From Thermofilum adornatum (GTDB lineage: Archaea; Thermoproteota; Thermoprotei; Thermofilales; Thermofilaceae): a DNA stretch of 32,000 nt. Below the pieces are notes generated by a model. That model made no database searches and was not told the DNA's origin. It saw only the letters and a program-made list of their open reading frames with translations. Of the stretch, positions 25,835-32,000 are shown piece after piece (within the stretch, counting starts at the first letter, position 1; every line of letters begins with the position of its first letter). The translations under genes and the position numbers were made by a program. The DNA lies in NCBI RefSeq assembly GCF_000446015.1, contig NC_022093.1, forward strand, positions 1,680,001-1,712,000, given 5' to 3'.

Positions 25835-26515
25835 ATGAATAGATTGGTAAATATGATTGGAACCATAACCAACACAATAACGGTTATCCTCGGCTCGCTC
25901 GCCGGGCTCCTCCTCAGAAGAAACATATCCCCAGAAAAGACAACCTTCATAACAGACGCCCTCGGCCTATTCACGGTCGCAATAGGCATACAGATGTCCC
26001 TCCAGACAAAAAACCCAATAATACTCGTAGCCTCCCTACTGGTCGGAACCTTCATTGGAGAAATAGCAGGCATAGAGCACAAGCTCGAAAGGCTCTCAGA
26101 AAAAATCTCGAGGTCCAGCTCCCAGAGCATAGTCGACGGAATGCTCACAGCCTTCCTAACATTCTGCGTCGGGCCAATGACTATAGTAGGCTCAATAAAG
26201 GACGGCCTCGGTGACCCAAGCATCCTACTCGCAAAGTCAGTAATGGACGGGGTAGCCTCGATAGCCTTCGCGGCAAGCCTAGGCATAGGAGTCCTACTAA
26301 GCTCAGTGCTCGTCCTAGCCTTCCAGGGATCCCTAGCAGTATTCGGCGCACTCACAGGCACAATGCTACCGCAAAAAGCAATAGCAGAACTTACAGCGTC
26401 TGGAGGAGTCCTCCTAATAGGCGTAGGCATCAACCTCCTAAAACTCAAAAAGATACGCGTAGCCAACATGCTCCCCACACTACTCTTCTCCCCCCTACTA
26501 GCACTATACTTCTAG
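25835..26515 (+). CDS. DUF554-family membrane protein (YdfK/YqgA-like)
   Basis: MIGTITNTITVILGSLAGLLL..., a polytopic Gly/Ala/Leu-rich protein with the repeated half-structure typical of DUF554. The start is ATG 25835 or 25853. Confidence 0.75.
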   Translation: MNRLVNMIGTITNTITVILGSLAGLLLRRNISPEKTTFITDALGLFTVAIGIQMSLQTKNPIILVASLLVGTFIGEIAGIEHKLERLSEKISRSSSQSIVDGMLTAFLTFCVGPMTIVGSIKDGLGDPSILLAKSVMDGVASIAFAASLGIGVLLSSVLVLAFQGSLAVFGALTGTMLPQKAIAELTASGGVLLIGVGINLLKLKKIRVANMLPTLLFSPLLALYF

Positions 26516-26684
26516 CTCCAAACATCCGAAAACAAATTCTAAATTTTTGAGCAAGACATGAACTATTTCCCCGAAACATACGACACGTTTTTAGGAAAAA
26601 TTTCAGAACCTATAGTCTTTTTCTGCAAAAATTTCATAAAAAGGGCAGAAGAACATATAAACACCAAGAAACTTAGAAAGCCCA

Positions 26685-26746
26685 GGGGCTCTAGAGGGGC
26701 AACCTCACCCGGGGTAGCGGATGAACGTGTGCGCCCCTCTAGCCCC
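26685..26746. other. GC-rich imperfect inverted repeat (14 bp stem, 2-nt bulge, 32-nt loop)
   Basis: GGGG(26685-88)-CT-CTAGAGGGGC(26691-26700) pairs with GCCCCTCTAG(26733-42)-CCCC(26743-46). It sits in an otherwise A/T-rich region that appears non-coding. Confidence 0.5.
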
Positions 26747-27212
26747 CTAAAAAGCTACATTCTAGCCTTAAACTTTTCCATGAACAAGCCCTTAAAACCT
26801 TCCTCGAAAACTAAAAAATGTATAAGTTTAGCGCGCGCTCTAGGACACCTGCCCTTATGTCCTCTCTTGATTTCCTCCCTTTTACTGAGCTTGCCCCTTT
26901 TTGCTTGGCCTGGCGAATAAGCGGATGACCATAGTGGTCCTCTTCTTCTTGGACATGCCTGCACCCATGCAGTATGTGCAACGCCTACTAAAGAGTTTCA
27001 CAATACTGTAAGTATTAGCAGGTATGGGGGGTTAGCACTAGGAAAAGGACAAAGGGAGGAGTATTCCCGCAATAAAGCGTCTTTAGACATAAGCTGGGGG
27101 GCGCATCAAGCCTCCTAATAGGTGGTAGGCCTGCCGGAATTCTAAGGCGCGCTATCCGTTTATCAGTTGTCTTGCTTGGTTGACCCATTCTCCTGGATCT
27201 TAGTTTTTTAAG

Positions 27213-27242
27213 TTTTACTTTCGCCTATATAATTGAAAAAAC
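27213..27242 (+). promoter_or_regulatory. Promoter-like repeat, copy B (TTTTACTTTCGCCTATATAATTGAAAAAAC)
   Basis: The TATATA at 27226-27231 lies about 43-48 nt upstream of ATG 27274. About 27 of 30 positions are identical to copy A when three small gaps are allowed. Confidence 0.5.
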
Positions 27243-27273
27243 TTTTTCTGGCTGTGCCGAATTATGATGGTCG

Positions 27274-28464
27274 ATGAAGGACAAGAGCCTGGGCTTAAGG
27301 GCAGTGATAATCTTCATTATTGCCCTGGCTCTGGCGCAGTCCTTAACCATATACGCAGTGCCTTGGAACTACAGGCGTAACTTTGTTCTAAGCGATGACA
27401 CTCAGCCAGATTCGCCAAGTAAACCACTACTACAACCTGTTCCACCTCCAATAATAAATCCAATAACTCCTACTATTCCAACTGGTCCATCTACCCCAGT
27501 CGGTCCCCAGACGCCCACAGGTCCAAGCTCCCCCACTTCTCCAAAGCCAACTTCACCACCAGGGCAAAAGCCGGCCCAGCCAGGAAACCAGCCTTCCCAG
27601 CTCCCAAAGCCAACCCAGCCAGGACAACAGCCCTCCCAACTTCCAACCCCCACCAATCCATCAACATTACCACCCTCACCAGTAAACCCAGTCCCCAGAG
27701 AGGCGACCGTTGAGGGCGTGAAATACATAATCAGGCTCAGTAGCGATAACGCAGAGATCTTGAAAGATGTGCTTGCAGGGAAGGGCATTAAAGTTGAGGA
27801 ACTAAAGCCTGAAGAGAAGAGGATAAAAATTGATAATCCCGATGAGGAAGTGGAGAAAGTGGCGCGGAGGCTACAAGAGACTGGGCTCTACGACAAGCTC
27901 GATAGAGTCCTTCGGGAATTATACTACACCACACTCGAAAAAGTCCTCAAAACAGCCAAGTGGGGTATACGTGAGCATGATGGGCGCATAGGTTCGGCCA
28001 GAGCCGAGCTTAAAGCTGCTTATGACTTAGCGAATGATTTCCCGCGTGCTGTCAAGCAGATGATACAAGACGGCATCCTCCAAAAGCAGGGCAAGGCTGT
28101 AGTCAGATGGTTCATAAACACTGGAGCCAGAAACTTTATAAGTGAGACCGCTCGGGCAAAGTTTGATGTTGCTCGCGATTTGATTATTGAGCTTGCAAGA
28201 CTCCTCGGTGTCTCTGTGGAGGAGACAACCGAAGATGAGGTTCTAACGGGGTTGATAGCGATAATACCCAAAGATATGTTGTCCAAGTTGCCCAGAGATA
28301 GAAGCACCACTATAAGCGTTGAGGGGCTTACCTTAGAGATTACACCAGTTGCAAAGTTCAAGACCGTGGGAAAGCCAGTGGCTTGCCTCAACTTCGGCGA
28401 GAAGGTCTACTGCTTCGACCAGAATGGTAATGAGGTAAACCCAGCCAGCGTGGTAGTCAGGTAA
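27274..28464 (+). CDS. Secreted/anchored protein with long Pro-rich linker, function unknown
   Basis: N-terminal anchor (AVIIFIIALALAQSL), about 100 aa of P/T/Q/S-rich sequence, then a globular domain of about 250 aa with no motif I recognise. Confidence 0.6.
   Translation: MKDKSLGLRAVIIFIIALALAQSLTIYAVPWNYRRNFVLSDDTQPDSPSKPLLQPVPPPIINPITPTIPTGPSTPVGPQTPTGPSSPTSPKPTSPPGQKPAQPGNQPSQLPKPTQPGQQPSQLPTPTNPSTLPPSPVNPVPREATVEGVKYIIRLSSDNAEILKDVLAGKGIKVEELKPEEKRIKIDNPDEEVEKVARRLQETGLYDKLDRVLRELYYTTLEKVLKTAKWGIREHDGRIGSARAELKAAYDLANDFPRAVKQMIQDGILQKQGKAVVRWFINTGARNFISETARAKFDVARDLIIELARLLGVSVEETTEDEVLTGLIAIIPKDMLSKLPRDRSTTISVEGLTLEITPVAKFKTVGKPVACLNFGEKVYCFDQNGNEVNPASVVVR
27406..27699 (+). repeat. 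Pro-rich low-complexity coding repeat (imperfect KPTxPGQxPSQLP units)
   Basis: PKPTSPPGQKPAQPGNQPSQLP / KPTQPGQQPSQLP. At the DNA level, ccaaagccaac...ccagg.caa..gcc...tcccagct/aactt recurs at about 27541 and about 27604. Confidence 0.6.
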
Positions 28465-28465
28465 A

Positions 28466-28495
28466 CATAAAAAATTATTTTTTTTCTATTTTAAG
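28466..28495. terminator. Bidirectional oligo-T/oligo-A terminator region between convergent genes
   Basis: A6 (28469-28474) and T8 (28478-28485) lie in the 37-nt gap between stops 28464 and 28502. Confidence 0.5.
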
Positions 28496-28501
28496 CTAGG
28501 T

Positions 28502-29155
28502 TTAGTCCCACCAGAACCTTATGTACACTTTTCCCTTTGCCAATATCGCCTCGAACTCTTCGCGGGTTAGGCTATACTCCTTCCCTTTCACTGAGAATAC
28601 GTCGGTGTACATTATATCGCGCCAAGGCTTGACAAACATAAGGCTTTCTTTCCCATCTTCCTCCTCTTTCTTAGGCACTTCAAAATCTTCATATATTTCT
28701 TTCAGTAGAGGAGCTAAGATTTTGTCCTCAAGTATTAAGGGGGAGACGAATGTCCTTCTTCCTTCTACGTCCAGCTCGACAGCTAGGGAAACCTCATCGG
28801 GATGCAAGTCTCGTTTTTTGAGCTCCTTGTAGACGGCTATCGCAAACTCCACTTTGTCCCAGGGGATGAGCATGTCCTCTACAGTCACGCCAACGCCCAT
28901 AAGTACCTCAATGAGGAAGAGGATGCTCGGCTCCCTCTTTGCAAGCTCGGCGAAGTCCTTGATGGGCGGGATGTTGTTGACCACCACCTCCAGCTCCTCC
29001 TTTGGGAGGAGCCTCGCCACCTCTATTAGTTGCTGGGAGGTTATCACGCCCTTGTAGGTGCCCCCGTCCCCATGTATGTCCACGAGCTGGCCCCTAAGCG
29101 TCTCTAACACTTTCTCCGTGAAGTGCACAGAATGCGAGGATGCCGTGACAGTCAT
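28502..29155 (-). CDS. Hypothetical protein (217 aa)
   Basis: A clean ORF with GGGGTGA immediately upstream of ATG 29155. It is acidic and has no motif I recognise. It is convergent with 27274..28464. Confidence 0.6.
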   Translation of the reverse strand: MTVTASSHSVHFTEKVLETLRGQLVDIHGDGGTYKGVITSQQLIEVARLLPKEELEVVVNNIPPIKDFAELAKREPSILFLIEVLMGVGVTVEDMLIPWDKVEFAIAVYKELKKRDLHPDEVSLAVELDVEGRRTFVSPLILEDKILAPLLKEIYEDFEVPKKEEEDGKESLMFVKPWRDIMYTDVFSVKGKEYSLTREEFEAILAKGKVYIRFWWD

Positions 29156-29290
29156 TCACCCCAACACAGTATCTCATTTAGGATAAAAAAAATCTTTCTG
29201 TAAGGGAAGTGTGAAAGTATTTTCCCATTATTTTAGACTGTCGGGCCACAAAGCGTAAAGGCTCCGCTGGCGCGCGACCGGGTATAAGTG

Positions 29291-30331
29291 CTATTTTATT
29301 TTGAGGACTGGTGCCCCTATTGTTTTTGCGGCTTTTAGGTCTCTTAGTGCCTTGTTTACTTTTTCTAGCCTGTATTCTTGGACGTGTGTGTCGACCCCGT
29401 GGGTGGTATAGAAGTTTATGAAGCTCTTCACGTCTTCCCTTGTTACGTTTGCGACGCTTTTTATCTCTTTTTCTTGCCATAGGTGTGTCGCGTAGTCTAG
29501 GACGACTGGTGTCTGCTTCCTTATTGCGTTTATTACGAGCCTGCCTCCCCTGTCTATGAGCTCCATGGCCCTTGGGATTGTTTCGCCGACGGGCGTGAAG
29601 TCTAGTGCGAAGTTCAGCTTTTTCGGCGGGTCCTCGCTTGGAGGCCCTGCCCAGTCGGCGCCGAGCCTCTTGGCGAGGTCTCTGTGGTGCTCGCTCCTGG
29701 TGAACACGTAGATTTCTGTGGATGGGTGGAGCTTCCTGATGACCTGTATAGCTATGTGTGCCGAGGAGCCGAAGCCGAAGAGCCCTACGCGTGCCCCGTC
29801 ATGCATGCCTAGGAGCCTATATGCCCTGAAGCCAACGGAGCCTGCACACATGAGTGGGGCTAGCCTTACAGCCTCTACGTTTCGGGGCAACGTGTATACG
29901 TAGTCTGCGTAGGCAACGGTATACTCCGCGTACCCGCCGTCGAGGTCGCAGCCGGTAGCCTTGAAGCTTTGGCAGAGGTTCTCGAGGCCCTTCCTACAAT
30001 ACTCACAGGTTCCACACGTGTGGCCTATCCATGCTACACCAACCCTTTCCCCTACGAGCCCGTCAACGCCGGCCGATTCTACTACCTTGCCTACGATCTG
30101 GTGGCCAGGTATGAGTGGGAGCTTGCACCTTATCCTGCCCTCTATGATGTCTATGTCTGTATAGCAGACGCCGCAGGCCTCGATCTCTATAAGGACTTGA
30201 CCCTTTTTGGGGGCAGGCATAGGAACCTCTGTGACCTCAACTGGATCCTCCTTTAGGGGCAACGATGGGTACCGCCTAGCTGAGCCCTCTACAAATATCT
30301 CGGCGTTTTCATGGACAATGCCAGCCTTCAT
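29291..30331 (-). CDS. adh: Zinc-dependent alcohol dehydrogenase (MDR family)
   Basis: CGVCYTDID (catalytic Zn Cys), GHQIVGKVVE, structural-Zn cluster CGTCEYCRKGLENLC, and Rossmann GLFGFGSSAH. Confidence 0.9.
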   Translation of the reverse strand: MKAGIVHENAEIFVEGSARRYPSLPLKEDPVEVTEVPMPAPKKGQVLIEIEACGVCYTDIDIIEGRIRCKLPLIPGHQIVGKVVESAGVDGLVGERVGVAWIGHTCGTCEYCRKGLENLCQSFKATGCDLDGGYAEYTVAYADYVYTLPRNVEAVRLAPLMCAGSVGFRAYRLLGMHDGARVGLFGFGSSAHIAIQVIRKLHPSTEIYVFTRSEHHRDLAKRLGADWAGPPSEDPPKKLNFALDFTPVGETIPRAMELIDRGGRLVINAIRKQTPVVLDYATHLWQEKEIKSVANVTREDVKSFINFYTTHGVDTHVQEYRLEKVNKALRDLKAAKTIGAPVLKIK

Positions 30332-30506
30332 TATGGATGCCTCTTTAAGATATGCTTGTAACCATAAAAAAGTAGTGCATTTTACAGAACTATGAATAAT
30401 GTCTTAATCACCTTTACCAATTCTTTTTTTGAGATGTACTTGAATCTTTGGGAGCTAGCTGTAGAATTTTTGAGTATCTAAACTAATGATTAGATTTCCA
30501 AACCAT

Positions 30507-30520
30507 AAGTTTAAATATTT
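30507..30520 (+). promoter_or_regulatory. TATA-like box upstream of the peroxiredoxin gene
   Basis: aagtttaaatattt is centred about 33 nt upstream of ATG 30547. Confidence 0.4.
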
Positions 30521-30546
30521 CTACATTTTTATTTGTTTGACCAACT

Positions 30547-31206
30547 ATGAGCGAAATTAGAATGCCATTGTTGGGTGAAAAAGCGCCAGAATTCACAGCT
30601 AAGACGACTCACGGCGTTATCCACTTCCCAGACGACTTTAAAGGGAAATGGGTTGTACTATTTAGCCATCCAGCTGACTTCACGCCTGTATGCACGACTG
30701 AGTTTGTGGCTTTCCAGAAAAGGTTCGAGGAATTCGAGAAGCTCAACGTCCAGCTGGTAGGTCTAAGCATTGACCAGGTCTTCAGCCACATTAAGTGGGT
30801 TGAATGGATAAGGGAGAAGCTTGGAGTTGAGATAAAGTTCCCAATCATTGCGGACGACACCGGGGAGATAGCTAAAAAATATGGAATGATTCACCCTGGA
30901 AAGGGCACCAACACTGTTAGGGCCGTCTTCGTTATCGACCCCAACGGGATAGTGAGGGCTGTACTGTACTACCCGCAGGAGATTGGAAGGAACATGGACG
31001 AGATCCTGAGGCTTGTCAAGGCGTTGCAGACCTCTGACAAGTATGGCGTGGCTCTGCCTGCTAACTGGCCGAACAACGAGCTGATTGACGGCAAGGCAAT
31101 TATTCCGCCTGCAAGCGACGAGAAGACTGCGAAGGAGCGCCTAGAGAAGGCAAAGAAGAAGGAGATCGAGTGCTTTGACTGGTGGTTCTGCTACAAGTCC
31201 ATCTAA
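30547..31206 (+). CDS. Peroxiredoxin (archaeal Prx6-like/thioredoxin peroxidase type)
   Basis: [16 protein letters not shown] is the peroxidatic Cys motif. The C-terminal [10 protein letters not shown] Cys pair resembles that of Aeropyrum/Pyrococcus-type Prx. Confidence 0.95.
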   Translation: MSEIRMPLLGEKAPEFTAKTTHGVIHFPDDFKGKWVVLFSHPADFTPVCTTEFVAFQKRFEEFEKLNVQLVGLSIDQVFSHIKWVEWIREKLGVEIKFPIIADDTGEIAKKYGMIHPGKGTNTVRAVFVIDPNGIVRAVLYYPQEIGRNMDEILRLVKALQTSDKYGVALPANWPNNELIDGKAIIPPASDEKTAKERLEKAKKKEIECFDWWFCYKSI

Positions 31207-31240
31207 AAATATTTTTTCTTTTTCTATCCTATTTTTGTTA
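31207..31240. terminator. Oligo-T terminator region between convergent Prx and MNT genes
   Basis: T6 (31212-31217), T5 (31219-23) and T5 (31232-36) follow the Prx stop. A5 (31205-09) serves the minus-strand gene. Confidence 0.45.
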
Positions 31241-31568
31241 ACTCTTTTATTCTCGAGTAGAAACTCATCTCCTCGCTGTTGGCTAGATGTATTTCGAATG
31301 GGTGAAAGGGAGGTAGACCAGCTAGCTCCTCTATTTTCAGCTTTAGCTCTGCTCTCTCGATGTTGCTTTTTGGGATCATGTCTGACCTTATGAGTAGGTC
31401 TACGTCGCTCCCGCCAACTGCTTCGCCCCTTACGACGCTACCGAACACGTAGACCTCTGCGTCTGGGAGGACTCTTTTTGCGGCCTCTGCTATTTTTTCT
31501 GTGTATGGTCTCCAGTTTTTGAGTATTTTTGCTCTCTCGATTAGTGCCTCAATGTAGTTCTCGATACT
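31224..31568 (-). CDS. Minimal nucleotidyltransferase (MNT, Pol-beta superfamily); start codon unresolved
   Basis: VFGSVVRGEAVGGSDVDLLI is the GS...DxD nucleotidyltransferase motif. The frame is open from 31568 and encodes a plausible N-terminal helix (IENYIEALIERAKILKNW...), but there is no ATG, GTG or TTG before the GTG at 31448. Confidence 0.7.
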   Translation of the reverse strand, partial: SIENYIEALIERAKILKNWRPYTEKIAEAAKRVLPDAEVYVFGSVVRGEAVGGSDVDLLIRSDMIPKSNIERAELKLKIEELAGLPPFHPFEIHLANSEEMSFYSRIKELTKIG

Positions 31569-31934
31569 TCAACACCTCGTGTGCTAGTTTTATGGCTTCT
31601 TGTGCTTCTTCTTTGCTGTATTCTCTTGGGAGATACCTTGTAGCTATGTAAGCATCTTCCAAGAATGCTACTAGACGCTTGTTGTTCTGGTAGACATCAT
31701 ATAGGTTTCTGAGCTCCTCAATTTTTGGAGTAGCTGGAATAGATATGTTAAGGAGTGGGTTCTAGGGTAGTCTCCTAGTTCTTCTAAGAGGATAGATTTT
31801 AGATGGAGTTGTATGGCTTGTTCATGGAGGTAAACGGTGAGGTCGTATTCTCCGTCTTGGTAAGCTGTTTCAGCGGTTTTCCGGAAGGCTTTTGCCCTTT
31901 TTCTAAGAATTTTTACTTCGTCTATGTGTGGCAA
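31549..31934 (-). pseudogene. HEPN-domain protein, interrupted by a 1-nt frameshift in an A5 run (T-run 31722-31726 on the + strand)
   Basis: The N-terminal frame (TTG 31934, GAGGG upstream) reads ...QAIQLHLKSILLEELGDYPRTHSLTYLFQLLQK and then runs to a stop at 31671. The adjacent frame reads KIEELRNLYDVYQNNKRLVAFLEDAYIATRYLPREYSKEEAQEAIKLAHEVLKY..*, with the stop at 31549-31551. This is the expected HEPN C-terminal half. 386 nt is one short of a multiple of 3. Confidence 0.7.
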
Positions 31935-32000
31935 GGCTCGTCCCTCAAATCCTAGTCAATATACAGTAACATAGTTATTTAATTATTCTTGGCCAAAGTC

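Noticed and set aside
25822-26478. A 218-aa minus-strand ORF almost co-extensive with the DUF554 gene
   Set aside because: The plus-strand product has the clear DUF554 membrane-protein pattern. The antisense product is Arg/Ser/Pro-rich and has no motifs.
26558-26964. ORFs 26558..26920 (+) and 26755..26964 (-)
   Set aside because: They overlap each other, are low-complexity or highly basic, and have no start-site context or recognisable domain. I treated the region as non-coding or decayed (see the finding on 26516-27273).
29225-29290. A GC-rich near-palindrome CCGCTGGCGCGCGACCGG between the ADH stop and the 217-aa gene start
   Set aside because: As a hairpin it is imperfect, with 2 mismatches in 9 pairs and no loop. 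It is a single occurrence, which is not enough to call an operator or an RNA element.
29178-29480. A 100-aa highly basic minus-strand ORF (MARKRDKKRRKRNKGRR...)
   Set aside because: About 190 nt of it overlap, out of frame, the C-terminus of the strongly supported alcohol dehydrogenase. The remainder spans the intergenic region.
1-32000. A search for tRNA, rRNA, CRISPR arrays and transposase or integrase genes
   Set aside because: I found no T-loop-like GGTTCRANYC with a matching acceptor stem. I saw no regularly spaced direct repeats, no rRNA-like conserved blocks and no DDE, tyrosine or serine recombinase motifs while reading both strands.

Overview
This window is a compact archaeal chromosomal segment with about 33 protein-coding genes. 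I recognised no rRNA, tRNA, CRISPR array or transposase. It looks like a hyperthermophilic crenarchaeon, possibly Desulfurococcales-like, but that is an inference only. The supporting signs are an Alba gene, an archaeal Prx with a C-terminal CxxxxxC, an Arch_ATPase/DUF234 protein, A/T-rich TATA-like boxes about 25-35 nt upstream of many start codons, GGTGA or GAGG Shine-Dalgarno-like motifs before operon-internal genes, and oligo-T tracts after genes.

Content from left to right:
- A VapBC pair.
- A two-gene surface-protein operon (transglutaminase-like protein plus a partner).
- A nucleoside uptake and salvage island: tdk, a FucI-like isomerase, and a BMP-type ABC transporter made of an ATPase, two permeases and a binding protein, followed by a uridine-phosphorylase-like gene.
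- A membrane-anchored wHTH protein, Alba and a flavin reductase.
- A PurR-like wHTH protein with a degenerate PRT domain.
- A MenA-like prenyltransferase overlapping a radical SAM/SPASM gene.
- CPBP protease, GNAT and CinA-like genes.
- A co-directional minus-strand block (19.0-25.6 kb), described below.
- A DUF554 gene.
- About 760 bp with no convincing gene.
- Two orphan genes.
- A Zn-ADH and a peroxiredoxin.
- A HEPN/MNT pair.

The most interesting candidate is a tightly coupled triad in the minus-strand block: a fold-type-II PLP enzyme, a DUF1611 (DgcN-like) protein, and a 487-aa QueC-like PP-loop protein with unassigned N- and C-terminal extensions. A coiled-coil RHH protein follows it. 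Next comes an Arch_ATPase/DUF234 (PD-(D/E)xK-like) gene, whose 3' end runs into a sharply AT-rich segment about 1 kb long that carries two orphan ORFs.

Three genes are broken. The second permease and the HEPN gene each have a single-nucleotide frameshift in a homopolymer, and the MNT gene lacks a canonical start codon. These could be assembly errors or real gene decay.

A near-identical promoter-like motif of about 30 nt occurs twice, at about 25.77 kb and 27.22 kb. All functional calls come from motif recognition by eye. No database search was run.
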